Positions 34,640 to 44,900 of a DNA stretch of 64,000 nt are shown here, piece after piece. The notes below the pieces were generated by a model. It did no database searches and was not told the origin of the DNA. It saw only the letters and a program-made list of their open reading frames with translations. The position numbers and the translations under genes were made by a program. Source of the DNA: Solirubrobacterales bacterium. GTDB lineage: Bacteria; Actinomycetota; Thermoleophilia; Solirubrobacterales; 70-9. The stretch is from assembly GCA_045805765.1 (NCBI GenBank), contig JBJMKN010000066.1, forward strand, positions 1,377 through 65,376, given 5' to 3'. Each line of letters opens with the position of its first letter. Position 1 is the first letter of the stretch.

Positions 34640-35087
34640 ATTTGCCTCTTGCTGCCTCCCTGACGGCCTTTGCCGGACCTTCTGGCATCGTGATCAGGAT
34701 CCTCCCCTGCGGGTCGTAGCGATATTCCCACATCGGCTCCGGGCGCCCATACCGGTTGACGGAGCGGCGCCCGAAGGCCCCGAGCATGCCGGCCACCGTA
34801 TTCCAGCCGTACTTGGCTTCGATCGCATCCGCCAACTCGGGAGCAGAGACCTCACGATTTGGGTTCGACGCCAAAAAATCCAGTAGATCCCGCAGTCGAT
34901 CGGCGCTTTCTCGATATGCCCGTTGAACCGTTGAGCGGTCCCATCCGTGCACGAACCCGGGTTCCCTGCCTTCGTGCTCGTTGTTTTTCGCCGCTTGCGC
35001 CATCTGGTACGCGGGCTCCTGGGCTTCGAGAAACGCGGATACCGCCGGCACCAGCTCCGCGGGAATCGCCATCATCACATAAGCCAT
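34638..35087 (-). CDS. Hypothetical protein (149 aa), possibly winged-helix-like; low-GC gene
   Basis: ORF 34638..35132 trimmed to ATG 35087, preceded by GAGGGAGGAATACAGAG. MAYVMMAIPAELVPAVSAFL...LRDLLDFLASNPNREVSAPELADAIE. No family recognised. Confidence 0.5.
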   Translation of the reverse strand: MAYVMMAIPAELVPAVSAFLEAQEPAYQMAQAAKNNEHEGREPGFVHGWDRSTVQRAYRESADRLRDLLDFLASNPNREVSAPELADAIEAKYGWNTVAGMLGAFGRRSVNRYGRPEPMWEYRYDPQGRILITMPEGPAKAVREAARGK

Positions 35088-35138
35088 CTCTGTATTCCTC
35101 CCTCGGTCCTTGCGAGGTCTATAGTGGATCAATGGCCT

Positions 35139-35714
35139 TTATATGTCAAGGGAATCATCATCTTTGCAGGCTTTAATCCCTATAGGCCTGGGAGGGGCGT
35201 CTTCCTTTTCGGCCGGCGCCAGCTCCAGCTGGAACCAGCCAACGTCGTGCCAGGCGCCGTTCTTGAAGCCGATTTCGGGATTGACGCCGATCTGCCTGAA
35301 GCCGAGGCTCTCGTGGAGTCGCGTGCTGGCCGCGTTCGGCAACGTGATCCCGGCGCAGGCCATCCGGAAGCCGCACTCGCGCAGGCGCTCGAAGAGGGCC
35401 ATGTAGAGGGCGCGGCCGACGCCTTCGCCGCGGGCATCCTCAGCGATGTAGACGGAGACGCTCGTGCTCCAGCGGTAGGCAGGGCGCTCGTTGAAGGCGG
35501 TCGCGTAGGCGTAGCCGATCACCTCCCCCTCCCGCTCGGCGACGAGCCAAGCGTGGCTGGTCCCGTACCGCTCGATCCGCGCCGCCAGCTCGGCCGCGTC
35601 CGGCGCCCGTTCCTCGAAGGAGACGGCGCTGCCTTCGACGTGCGGAGCGTAGATCGCCGCGCAGGCGGCGCCGTCAAGGGCGGGGTCGGCATCTCGGATC
35701 CGCAGCTCTGACAT
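35139..35714 (-). CDS. GNAT acetyltransferase, phosphinothricin N-acetyltransferase (PAT/ArsN1-like) family
   Basis: ORF 35139..36155 trimmed to ATG 35714 (MSELRIRDADPAL...). AIYAPHVEGSAVSFEERAP, VIGYAYATAFNERPAYRWSTSVSVYI, RGEGVGRALY, NAASTRLHESLGF. The last roughly 17 codons lie in low-GC sequence. Confidence 0.85.
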   Translation of the reverse strand: MSELRIRDADPALDGAACAAIYAPHVEGSAVSFEERAPDAAELAARIERYGTSHAWLVAEREGEVIGYAYATAFNERPAYRWSTSVSVYIAEDARGEGVGRALYMALFERLRECGFRMACAGITLPNAASTRLHESLGFRQIGVNPEIGFKNGAWHDVGWFQLELAPAEKEDAPPRPIGIKACKDDDSLDI

Positions 35715-35790
35715 GAGGGCGGCAGAGGTTATGCATCTATAAGAGGTAAAAGCTCTGCCGCGCCGCCGCCCGATCACTAGGCTGCGCGGC

Positions 35791-36186
35791 ATGAGCGACC
35801 AGGGGCAGATCGTGCGGCGGTCGATCGGGATCGTCTTCTCCGACGGGGGGCTGCTTGCGCTCACCTCGTCGATGCCAGCCGGCGGCCAGGCGCACGGGGA
35901 CGAGGAGGTCGCCGCCGTCCTCTGCGACCCCGACGGCGCGCCGCTGCAGTTCGAGGAATCGCTGCTCTCGACCGAGTACGGCTCCGACGGGGCGCCGCGG
36001 CGAGCGACGCTGGAGCTCTGGCCCTCGACCGAGGAGATGCGGCCGCTGCGCGGCGCCGGCACCCTGATCAACGCGGTCAACGTGCGGCGCCAGGGGCTCG
36101 ACTCACAGATCGCCTTCTTCCGCTGGTCGGTCGAGGGGCGCGAGGGGCTCGGCACCTACGAGGTCGCCCGCGCCGCCGATGGCTGA
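35791..36186 (+). CDS. Hypothetical protein (131 aa)
   Basis: ORF track. GC3-rich codons. It overlaps the start of the following HAD gene by 8 nt. No motif recognised. Confidence 0.45.
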   Translation: MSDQGQIVRRSIGIVFSDGGLLALTSSMPAGGQAHGDEEVAAVLCDPDGAPLQFEESLLSTEYGSDGAPRRATLELWPSTEEMRPLRGAGTLINAVNVRRQGLDSQIAFFRWSVEGREGLGTYEVARAADG

Positions 36187-36844
36187 GCCGCCGATGAGCA
36201 AGATCACGACCGTGATCTCCGACTTCGGCGGCGTCCTGACGACGCCGCTCCTCGCCGCCTTCGCCGCCTTCCAGGACGACAGCGGCATCTCGCCCGAAGC
36301 CCTCGGGCGGGCGATGCGCGAGGGACTCGCCGAGGGCGAGGAGATTCCGCTCTTCAAGCTCGAGCGCGGCGAGATCAGCGAGGACGAGTTCATCGAAGGG
36401 CTCGAAACGGGTCTGAAGTCGATCCTCGGCCACCGCCCCCACCTCCACCACTTCCGCCACCAGTTCTTCGGCGCGCTCGATCCGAACGAGGAGATGATCG
36501 CGCTGATGCGGGAGCTGAAAACGCGCGGGCTGCGGATGGCGATGCTGACCAACAACGTCCGCGAGTGGGAGCCGCTCTGGCGCTCGATGTTGCCGGTCGA
36601 CGAGATCTTCGAGGAGATCGTCGACTCCGCCTTCGTCGGCTGCCGCAAGCCGGAAGCGCGGATCTACCAGCTGACCCTGGAGCGGGTCGGCTCGCCGGCG
36701 GAGGCGTGCCTCTTCATCGACGACCTCCAGGTCAACTGCGAGGCGGCCGAAGCCGCGGGAATGACCGCGGTCCACTTCCGCGACAACGAGCAGGCGATCG
36801 GCGAGATCCGCGCCGCGCTCGACGGCACCAGCCCCAGCGACTGA
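36179..36844 (+). CDS. HAD-superfamily hydrolase (subfamily IA, epoxide-hydrolase N-terminal-like)
   Basis: ORF track. Motif I VISDFGGVLT, motif II MLTNN and the motif IV region CLFIDDLQVNCEAA. Confidence 0.8.
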   Translation: MAEPPMSKITTVISDFGGVLTTPLLAAFAAFQDDSGISPEALGRAMREGLAEGEEIPLFKLERGEISEDEFIEGLETGLKSILGHRPHLHHFRHQFFGALDPNEEMIALMRELKTRGLRMAMLTNNVREWEPLWRSMLPVDEIFEEIVDSAFVGCRKPEARIYQLTLERVGSPAEACLFIDDLQVNCEAAEAAGMTAVHFRDNEQAIGEIRAALDGTSPSD

Positions 36845-38314
36845 CTAGGCGCGCTCACGCTCGACCGCAGCGCCGTTGCCACCGTGGCTCGGCGCTTCCC
36901 GCCAGCGGCGGGCGAAGGGCAGGCGCCAGCTGTGGGGCGCGATCAGGGCGCCGATCTCGGTCGGCCCCCACGACCCCTGCGGGTACGGTTTCACCGGCGG
37001 CGGGTCCTGCAGCAGCGGTTCGGAGACTTCCCAGAGCCGCTCGATCCCCTTCGCGGTCGTGAACAGGGTGCGGTCGCCGATCATCGCGTCGCGGATCAGC
37101 CGCTCGTACGGCTCCACCGTCTCCCCGTGATAGTCGGTTTCCTCCAGCGAGAACTGCATACTCGCCTTGTCCAGGACCATCCCCATCCCCGGCCGCTTGC
37201 CGTAGAAGGAGAGCGAGACCCGAGAGGACTCCTCGAGGTCGAAGGTGAGGTGGTCGGGGCCGTAGCGGCCGACCCGCGAGTGGGCGGGGAACATCGCGTG
37301 CGGCGGCTCGCGAAAGGCGATCGAGATGATCCGCGAGCTTTCCCCCATCCGCTTTCCCGTCCGCAGGTAGAACGGCACCCCGCTCCAGCGCCAATTGTCG
37401 ACTTCGCAGCGCAGGGCCACGAAGGTCTCGGTGCTGGAGCCGGGGTCGACCCCCTCTTCGGAGCGATAGCCCTCGTACTGGCCGCGGACGACCCGATCGG
37501 GGTCGAGCGGCTGCAGGCTGCGGAAGACTTTGTTCTTCTCCTCGGTGATCGGTTCCGGCGCCAGCGCCGTCGGCGGCTCCATCGCAACGAAGCCGAGGAT
37601 CTGGAAGAGGTGGGTGACGACCATGTCGCGGAAGGCGCCCGTCTTCTCGTAGAAGGCGGCGCGGGAGCCGACCCCGAGCGTCTCCGGCACGTCGATCTGG
37701 ATGTGGTCGATGTGGTTGCGGTTCCAGATCGGCTCGAAGAGCCCGTTGGCGAAGCGCAGCGCGAGGATGTTCTGCGCCGCCTCTTTGCCGAGGAAGTGGT
37801 CGATGCGGAAGACGCGGTCCTCCTCGATCACCTCGTGGACCATCGCGTTCAGCTTGCGGGCGCTGGCGAGGTCGGTCCCGAACGGCTTCTCCATGATCAC
37901 CCGCGAGCGCTCCGAGAGCCCGCACGTCCTCAGCATCTGGATCACGTCGGGAGCGGCGGTCGGGGGAACGCTGAGGTAGTGGAGCAGGTGCATCTCCGGA
38001 CCCAGTTCGCCTTCGGCTTTGTCGACGGCCTCCTTCAGCGCCTTCGGCGCCCGCGCGTGCGGAACGTAGGAGAGCCGGCTGGAGAACTCGTGCCACTCCT
38101 CGCCGCCGAAGGCGTGGCGGGCGAACTCGCGGCAGGCGCTTTCGGCGATCGCCCGGAAGCGAGCGTCGTTGATCTCCTCCATCGAGACGCCGATGATCCG
38201 GAACTCCGGCATCAGCCCCGCCTGGAAAAGGCGCAGCAGCCCCGGCAGCAGCTTCCGCCGCGCCAGGTCGCCGGTGGCGCCGAAGATGACTATCGCTTGC
38301 GGAGGAACGTCCAA
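36845..38314 (-). CDS. zwf: Glucose-6-phosphate dehydrogenase
   Basis: ORF track with a TTG start. [17 protein letters not shown] (NADP site), RIDHFLGKE (active-site motif) and EKPFGTDL. Confidence 0.95.
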   Translation of the reverse strand: MDVPPQAIVIFGATGDLARRKLLPGLLRLFQAGLMPEFRIIGVSMEEINDARFRAIAESACREFARHAFGGEEWHEFSSRLSYVPHARAPKALKEAVDKAEGELGPEMHLLHYLSVPPTAAPDVIQMLRTCGLSERSRVIMEKPFGTDLASARKLNAMVHEVIEEDRVFRIDHFLGKEAAQNILALRFANGLFEPIWNRNHIDHIQIDVPETLGVGSRAAFYEKTGAFRDMVVTHLFQILGFVAMEPPTALAPEPITEEKNKVFRSLQPLDPDRVVRGQYEGYRSEEGVDPGSSTETFVALRCEVDNWRWSGVPFYLRTGKRMGESSRIISIAFREPPHAMFPAHSRVGRYGPDHLTFDLEESSRVSLSFYGKRPGMGMVLDKASMQFSLEETDYHGETVEPYERLIRDAMIGDRTLFTTAKGIERLWEVSEPLLQDPPPVKPYPQGSWGPTEIGALIAPHSWRLPFARRWREAPSHGGNGAAVERERA

Positions 38315-38770
38315 CTAGTTGTCGCTACCCGCCCGGTCCCAGACGTAAAGCTCGAGCGCCTCGGCGGCGAGCTCCATCAGGCGTGGGGGGCCGAGGAGGC
38401 CGAGGACGAGCTCCAGCGCGTCCTCCTCGGTGACGCCGGAGTCGACGGCCTCCTCGCCGCGGAAGCCCGCGGCCAGCTTGAGCGCCTCGCGGCGGTTTTC
38501 GCCGAGGGAGCTGAAGGCAGCCATGAGGAAGTCGCGGTTGGGGACCGGCTGGCCCGCCTCGAGTGAGCCGTGCCAGGCGGCGAGCATCGAGAGGTCGTGC
38601 TCGTCGAGCTCAGAGATCGCCTTCGCGTAGTGGACTTCCAGCTCCGACTCGGGGATCTCGTCGACCCAGGCGCGGACCGCCTCGCCGAGCAGCTGGCGGC
38701 GCGCCTCGCGGCCGACGGAGTCGGCGATGGCGCGGATGGCGTCGGCGGGATCTACGAAGCAGAGTGACAT
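38315..38770 (-). CDS. Hypothetical acidic helical protein (151 aa) abutting the zwf start
   Basis: ORF track. Its stop codon (TAG) is immediately followed by the zwf TTG start (TAGTTG). No family recognised. Confidence 0.5.
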   Translation of the reverse strand: MSLCFVDPADAIRAIADSVGREARRQLLGEAVRAWVDEIPESELEVHYAKAISELDEHDLSMLAAWHGSLEAGQPVPNRDFLMAAFSSLGENRREALKLAAGFRGEEAVDSGVTEEDALELVLGLLGPPRLMELAAEALELYVWDRAGSDN

Positions 38771-38891
38771 CGGCTGCTGATGAATCTAGAGAGGGCCGAT
38801 GACGCCAAAAGATGCCCGCTAATCCCCGAGTTTGCGGGATCGCGCCGGGCGCCCCGCAGGCGACGCCGGAGCCGTCCCTAGGCTCGGATGC

Positions 38892-41800
38892 GTGTCCCTG
38901 ACGCTCGTCCAAGGCCCGCCTAATTCGGGCAAGCTCGGCGAGGTGCTGAGCGCCTTCCGAGCCGCCCTCGACCGCGATCCCGTCCTGGTCCTCCCCACGA
39001 CCGACGACGTCTTCGACCGCGAGCGCGAGCTGGCCGCGCGCGGAGCCGTCCTCGGCGGCTCGGTGATGACCTTCGGCGCCCTCTTCCGCACCGTCGCCAC
39101 CGCAGCCGGGGCGCCCCCCGGGGCCGAGCTCTCCCCCGCCCAGCGCCTGCGGGCGATCGCGGTTGCGGTCGAGTCCCGCCGCAACCGCCTCGGGCCGCTG
39201 CGCCGCTCCGCCTCCCGCCCCCGCTTCGCCGGCGCCCTCGCGCGCCTGTTCGACGAGCTGCAGGCGGCGGGGGTCGAGCCCGCGGACGTCGAGGCGAGCG
39301 CCGCCACGCTCGAGGGCTCCGCCTACCTCAGCGACATCTCAGCCCTCTACGGCGGCTACGGCGAGGTGCGGGAGCGCAGCGGCCGCACCGACGCCCACGG
39401 GGTCGCCCGCGCAGCGATCGCCCAGCTACGCCGCGACGGCTCCTTCTGGGGGACGCGGCCGGTCTTCCTCTACGGCTTCGACGACCTGACCGAGAACCAG
39501 CTGGCGCTGGTCGCGACCCTGGCCGAGCTGACCGAGGTGACCGTCGCCCTCCCCTACGAAGAGGGAAGCACGGCGCTGGCGGCGCGCGCGCGGCTGCGGG
39601 ACCAGCTGCGCGAGCGGATCGGAGCGGCAGACGAGGTGACGCGGGAGGCGACGCCCGGCAACACGGTCAGCCCGCTGCTCTTCCACCTGACGATCTCCTT
39701 CAGCGTCCCGCGCCCGCGCCGGGCCGAACCCGACGGCAGCCTCACCCTGCTCAGCTCGGCGGGGGCGCGGGCCGAGGCGGAGTCGATCGCGGCGCACGTC
39801 TCCCGCCTCCTGCACGAGGGCGCCGACCCGGCAGAGGTCGCTGTCGTCCTCCGCGACCCGTCCCGCCGCGGCGGCGAGATCGCGGCGGCGCTGGAGGCGA
39901 ACGGAGTCGCGACCGCCCTCGAGGCGGAGCTGCCGGTGGCGCGGACGAGCGTCGGCGGCGCCCTGATCGCCCTGCTCGAGGCGGAGTTCGGCTCCCGCCG
40001 CGCCTCCGACTTCCTCCGCTACCTGCGCGGCCCCTCCGGGTGGTCGCCGAGCACCGTCGACTGGTTCGAGCGTGACCTGCGGCGCGCCCGGGTCCAGGAC
40101 GCCGAGACCGCCCTCCTGCGCTGGCAGGGGGAGGGCCGCGAGCTGCCGCGGGACCTCCTCCGCCTGCGCGCGGCCGCCAGGCGCTCGCCCGCCGAGCTGG
40201 CGGCGGAGGCAGCGGGCCTGGCGATGGCGATGTCCTCGCGCAACCGCGGCGAGACGGACGGCGCGCAGCCCCAACCCGGCGACGAGCTTGAGGCGCGCGC
40301 TGCCGCCGCGATCGCCTCGGCGCTCTCGGACCTGGCTGACCTCGGCGAGCTCGCCCCGCGCGCCGGTGAGCTGGCGGCGGTGCTCGAGGATCTCGACTTC
40401 CGCGTCTGGTCCGGGCCGGTGCAGGGGCGGGTCCGAATCGCCAGCCCCTACCGCCTGCGCGCCGCGCGCTTCGACCACGTAGTCGTCGGCTCCCTCCAGG
40501 ACGGCGAGTTCCCGCGACGCGACCGCGGCGCCGACCCCTTCCTCTCCGAGGCCCAGCGGCAGACGCTCGGCCTCGACCCGCGGCGCGACAGCGAGGCCGA
40601 GGAGCGCTATCTCTTCCACGCCTGCCTCGCCCTCCCCCGCCGCAGCCTCGCTCTGTCCTATCGCGACAGCGACGAGGACGGCGCCGCGACCGCCCGCTCG
40701 CCGCTGATCGACGACGTCCGAGCGCTGCTGGCGCCGGCACCGGACGGCAGCGGCGCCGACCCTGTCGAGGAGGAACTGACCGTCAGCCGGGACCTCGCCC
40801 AGGTGGTAACGCCACTGGCGGAGGCCCCATCGGAGGACGAGCTGGCGCGGGCGCTGGCCGCGCACGGGCCCGCCGCCGACGCCCTGGCGCTGCTCGCGCA
40901 GGCGGGGGTCGAGGGCGAGCTGGCCGAGCGGCTGGTCGTCCGGGTCGGCCACGCCAGGCGCGTCGAGGCAGCCTCGCGGGCGCCGGGGCCGCTGACGAAC
41001 CCGGCGGCGCTGGAGTCGTTGCGCTCGGTCGGCGCCTACGGCGGCACCACCCTGGAGGAATTCGACCTCTGCTCCTACCGCTGGTTCGCCGCGCACGAGC
41101 TCGACCCGCAGCTGCTCGATCCGGTCCCCGACCCGCTCGTCCAGGGCGGCCTGATGCACGAGGCGCTCCACCGCCTCTACGAGGAGCGCCCGGGCGGCGA
41201 CCCGCTGCCGCGGCCCGGCAGCCTGGCCACGTGGACGGAGCACGGCCGCGAGCTGGTGGCGGAGGTCGTCGCCGAGCGCGAGCTGGGGGGCCATCCGGCC
41301 GAGCGGGCGATCGCGCGGCGGGTCGAACGGCTGCTGGAGCGCTTCCTCGCCGAGGAGGCCGGCCGCGAGACCGGGGGCTTCGAGCCGTGGCTGCTGGAGG
41401 CCGCCTTCGGCGAGCGCCCCGACGCCGAGCGGCCGGTGCTGGAGCTGGACGGCTGGGGGCTGCACGGCGCCGTCGACCGCGTCGACCGCTCCGACGACGG
41501 CCGCGCCGTCGTCATCGACTACAAGCTCGCCTCCACGGTCACCCCGCGCGAGAAGTTCGAGGAGCGGGCGAAGCTGCAGCTGCCCCTCTACCTGCTCGCC
41601 GTCGCCGAGCACTGGGGCGCGGATCCGGCCGGGGCCATCTACCACCCGCTGCGCGGGACCTCCTCCCGCCGCCCGCGCGGCGTCGTCTCGGCGGCGGTTG
41701 CCGGGGACCTTGCCGGCTACGGCCTCTATCCCAAGGACGTGGTCGAGCCGGAGGCGCTGGAGGAGCTGCTGGACGAAGCGCGGGCCCGCGCCGGGGCGAT

Positions 41801-41960
41801 CGTCGCCCGGATGCGGGGCGGCGACATCCGCCGCGACCCGGGCCCGCGGGCCGGGCTGCGCGGCCACGACACCTGCCCCGCCTACTGCACCTTCGCCTCG
41901 ATCTGCCGCCGCGACCGCGCCCCGCAGTACGCCGAAGACGACGAAGGCGAGGAGCGGTGA
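38892..41960 (+). CDS. addB: Helicase-nuclease complex subunit, AddB/AdnA-like (degenerate motor + PD-(D/E)xK nuclease with Fe-S Cys cluster)
   Basis: ORF 38832..41960 trimmed to the in-frame GTG 38892 (VSLTLVQGPPNSGKLG, a degenerate Walker A). The C-terminal nuclease has DRVDRSDDGRAVVIDYKL. Four Cys occur in the AddB arrangement: FDLCSYRW ... GHDTCPAYCTFASIC. Confidence 0.8.
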   Translation: MSLTLVQGPPNSGKLGEVLSAFRAALDRDPVLVLPTTDDVFDRERELAARGAVLGGSVMTFGALFRTVATAAGAPPGAELSPAQRLRAIAVAVESRRNRLGPLRRSASRPRFAGALARLFDELQAAGVEPADVEASAATLEGSAYLSDISALYGGYGEVRERSGRTDAHGVARAAIAQLRRDGSFWGTRPVFLYGFDDLTENQLALVATLAELTEVTVALPYEEGSTALAARARLRDQLRERIGAADEVTREATPGNTVSPLLFHLTISFSVPRPRRAEPDGSLTLLSSAGARAEAESIAAHVSRLLHEGADPAEVAVVLRDPSRRGGEIAAALEANGVATALEAELPVARTSVGGALIALLEAEFGSRRASDFLRYLRGPSGWSPSTVDWFERDLRRARVQDAETALLRWQGEGRELPRDLLRLRAAARRSPAELAAEAAGLAMAMSSRNRGETDGAQPQPGDELEARAAAAIASALSDLADLGELAPRAGELAAVLEDLDFRVWSGPVQGRVRIASPYRLRAARFDHVVVGSLQDGEFPRRDRGADPFLSEAQRQTLGLDPRRDSEAEERYLFHACLALPRRSLALSYRDSDEDGAATARSPLIDDVRALLAPAPDGSGADPVEEELTVSRDLAQVVTPLAEAPSEDELARALAAHGPAADALALLAQAGVEGELAERLVVRVGHARRVEAASRAPGPLTNPAALESLRSVGAYGGTTLEEFDLCSYRWFAAHELDPQLLDPVPDPLVQGGLMHEALHRLYEERPGGDPLPRPGSLATWTEHGRELVAEVVAERELGGHPAERAIARRVERLLERFLAEEAGRETGGFEPWLLEAAFGERPDAERPVLELDGWGLHGAVDRVDRSDDGRAVVIDYKLASTVTPREKFEERAKLQLPLYLLAVAEHWGADPAGAIYHPLRGTSSRRPRGVVSAAVAGDLAGYGLYPKDVVEPEALEELLDEARARAGAIVARMRGGDIRRDPGPRAGLRGHDTCPAYCTFASICRRDRAPQYAEDDEGEER

Positions 41961-44900
41961 GCCCCGAGCAGCTGACCGCGGCGCCGGCGCGCCAACCCAC
42001 GCCCGAGCAGGCGGCTGCGATCGCGGCCCGCGGCCGCGACGTGCTGCTGGAGGCGGGCGCCGGCACCGGCAAGACGGGGGTGATGGTCGAGCGCTACTGC
42101 CGCCTCGTCTGCGACGCCGGCCTCTCCGCCGACTCGATCCTCGCCTTCACCTTCACCGACAAAGCGGCGGCGGAGCTGCGGCAGCGGATCCGGGTCGAGC
42201 TGGGGCGACGCGCCGACCGCGGCTCCGAGCGTGCCGCCGCGGCGCTGGCGGGGATCGGCAGCGCCTGGGTGACGACGATCCACGGCTTCTGCAACCGCGT
42301 CCTCGCCGCCCACCCGGTGGCCGCCGGCGTCGACCCGGGCTTCCGCGTGCTCGACGCGCCGGAGGCGGCGCGGGCCGCCCGCGAGGCCTTCGACGACGCC
42401 CTGGTCGAGTTCCTCGCCGAGGCGGACACGGCCCGCGAGGAGACCGTCGCCGCCTACGACCTGGAGGGGCTGCGGGCGATCATCGTCAACGTCCACGACG
42501 AGCTGCGCAGCCGCGGCGTCGCCGACCCGAAGCTGCCCGAGCCGCCACAGCCTGACCCGGAGGCCGCGCTGGCGCGGCTGGCCGAGGCGGCGGGCGAGTG
42601 CCTGGCCGAGCTGAAGGAGGGCGACGCGAAACGCGAGCTCCCTGAGCGGGCGCTGAGCCTGCTCGGCGCGCCCGGGGCGACGCCGGAGCTGGACGAGCTG
42701 CTGGCGCTCGCCACCACCAGCAAGGCGAAAGCGATGAGCGCCTACAAGGACGCGGTCGAGGCGGCAATCGCCGAGGTGGCGGCGGCCGGCGAGGGCGGCG
42801 TCGTCTACCGCCACCTCGCCGAGCTTCTGGGGCTCTTCTCCGTTCGCTTCGCCAAGGCGAAGGAAAGGCGCGCCGGGATCGACTTCGAGGACCTCCAGAT
42901 CCTCGCCGCCCGCCTGCTCGAGCGAGCCGAGGTCGGCGAGCACTACCGCTCCCGCTTCCGCCAGATCCTCGTCGACGAGTTCCAGGACACCAACCGGCTG
43001 CAGCTGCGGCTGATCGAGGCGCTGCGGGGGCCGCGGACCGAGCTGGTCGTGGTGGGCGACGAGCTGCAGTCGATCTACGGCTTCCGCCACGCCGACCTCG
43101 AGGTCTTCCGCCGCCGCCGGGCGGAGGTCGATAGCCGTCCCGATGCAGAGCTGATGCAGCTGAGCGGCAACTTCCGCTCCCGTCCAGAGGTGATCGGCGC
43201 GGTCAACCTCTTCGGCGAGACGCTGCTGGGCGCGGCCTATCGGCCCCTGCGGGTCGGGACGCCACCTCCGGAGGGTCCGCCGGCCGGCGGCGAGCCGGCC
43301 GTCGAGCTGCTGCTGACCGCCCGCGATGGCTGGGACGCCGAGGAGATCGAGCTGGAGCCGGCGATCGACGGCGCCACCCCGATCAACTGCCTGGCCGAGG
43401 CGCGCTTCGTCGCCGAGCGGCTGCGCGAGCTGGCCGAGACAGGGGTGCCGCGGGGCGAGATGGTGGTGCTGCTGCGCGCCTTCACCCACCTCGATGCCTA
43501 CGAGGACTCGCTCGAACGCGCCGGCCTGCGGCCCTACGTCGTCGGCGGCCGCGGCTACTGGTCCCAGCAGCAGGTCGCCGACGTCTGCGCGCTGCTGGCG
43601 GTCCTCGCCAACCCGCTCGACGACCACGCCCTCTTCGGCGCCCTCGCCTCCCCCGCCTGCGGGGTCGCCCCAGACACGCTCTGGCTGCTGCGGCGGGCGG
43701 CCGGCAAGCGCCGCCACGTCTGGCCCGCGGTCGAGCGCGCCGCCGGCGCCGGCGAGGCCGAGGTGGCCGAGCCCGAGCGCCTGGATGAGATTCCGCGGCC
43801 CGAGCGGGAGCTGCTGCGCGATTTCGTCGCCACGATCGGATCCCTGCGCGAGCGCGGGCCGCGCCTGACGCTGGCGGCGCTGATCGAGGCGGTGGTGACG
43901 GAGACCGGCTACGACCTGGCGATCCTCAGCCGGCCGACCGGCGAGGCGCGCTTCGCCAACGTCCGCAAGATGGGGCGGCTGGCGGCCGAGTTCGAGTCGC
44001 GCGAGGGGCGCGACCTGCGCGGCTTCCTCGACTTCCTCGCCGCCCGCGCCGAAAGCGAGGCCGAGGCGCAGGCCGCGACCGCCGCCGAGGGCCACGACGG
44101 GGTCCGGATCATGACTGTCCACAACGCCAAGGGCCTCGAGTTCGGCGTCGTCGCCGTCCCCGACCTCGGGCGGCGGCTGCTCAACGGCAACCGCTCGCCG
44201 CTGCTGGCGATCGGCCGCGAGGAGGAGCCGCGACTGGGCCTGCGGCTGCTCCGCCTCGGTAGCCCGAAGATCGACCTCTTCGACTACGGCGCCCTCTGCG
44301 AGGAGTCCCAGGACCGCGAAGCCGAGGAGGAGCTCCGCCTGTTCCACGTCGCCGCCACCCGGGCGAAGGAGCACCTGATCCTCAGCGGCGTCGTCAACCC
44401 GAACGAGGGCAGGGAGACGAAGGGCAGAGCGGTGGTGGAGCGGCTGGTCGAAGCCTTCGGCGTCCCGCGGGACGCCGAGGCGGCTGTACCCGTCGCTCCC
44501 CCCGCTCCGCGCCCGGGCCTCGATGCCGAGGCCGCGGCATCGGAGATCGCGGTGCGGCCGAACCTCCCCTCGCCCGAGCGGGCGGCCGAGCTGCGGACGC
44601 TGCGCTACGAGAGCGCCGGCGGACGGGCGCTCGGCGAAGGGCCGCCGCCGCTGGTCGAGCGGCGGGCGCCGGGCGCCGCCCGCCGCCCCCTCTCCTACAC
44701 CGCGATTGCCGCCTACAAGGAGAGCCTTGGCGAGTTCTTCGTCGAGCACGCGGCGGACCCCGAGCCGGCGGCGCGCGAGCAGAGCCTGGCCAGGGGCGCC
44801 GCCGTCCACGAGCTGCTCGAGTGGAGCCAGGCAAATGGTTGGGCCGAGCCGAGCGAAGAGCTGGTGCTTCGACATGCACTCGCCGCGGGCGGGGGGATGG

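Noticed and set aside
34440-35711. Plus-strand ORFs in the islet (34440..34886, 34859..35176, 34947..35711)
   Set aside because: They lie antisense to minus-strand genes that have SD sequences, a promoter and recognisable domains (PAT). Their translations have no motifs and poor start contexts.
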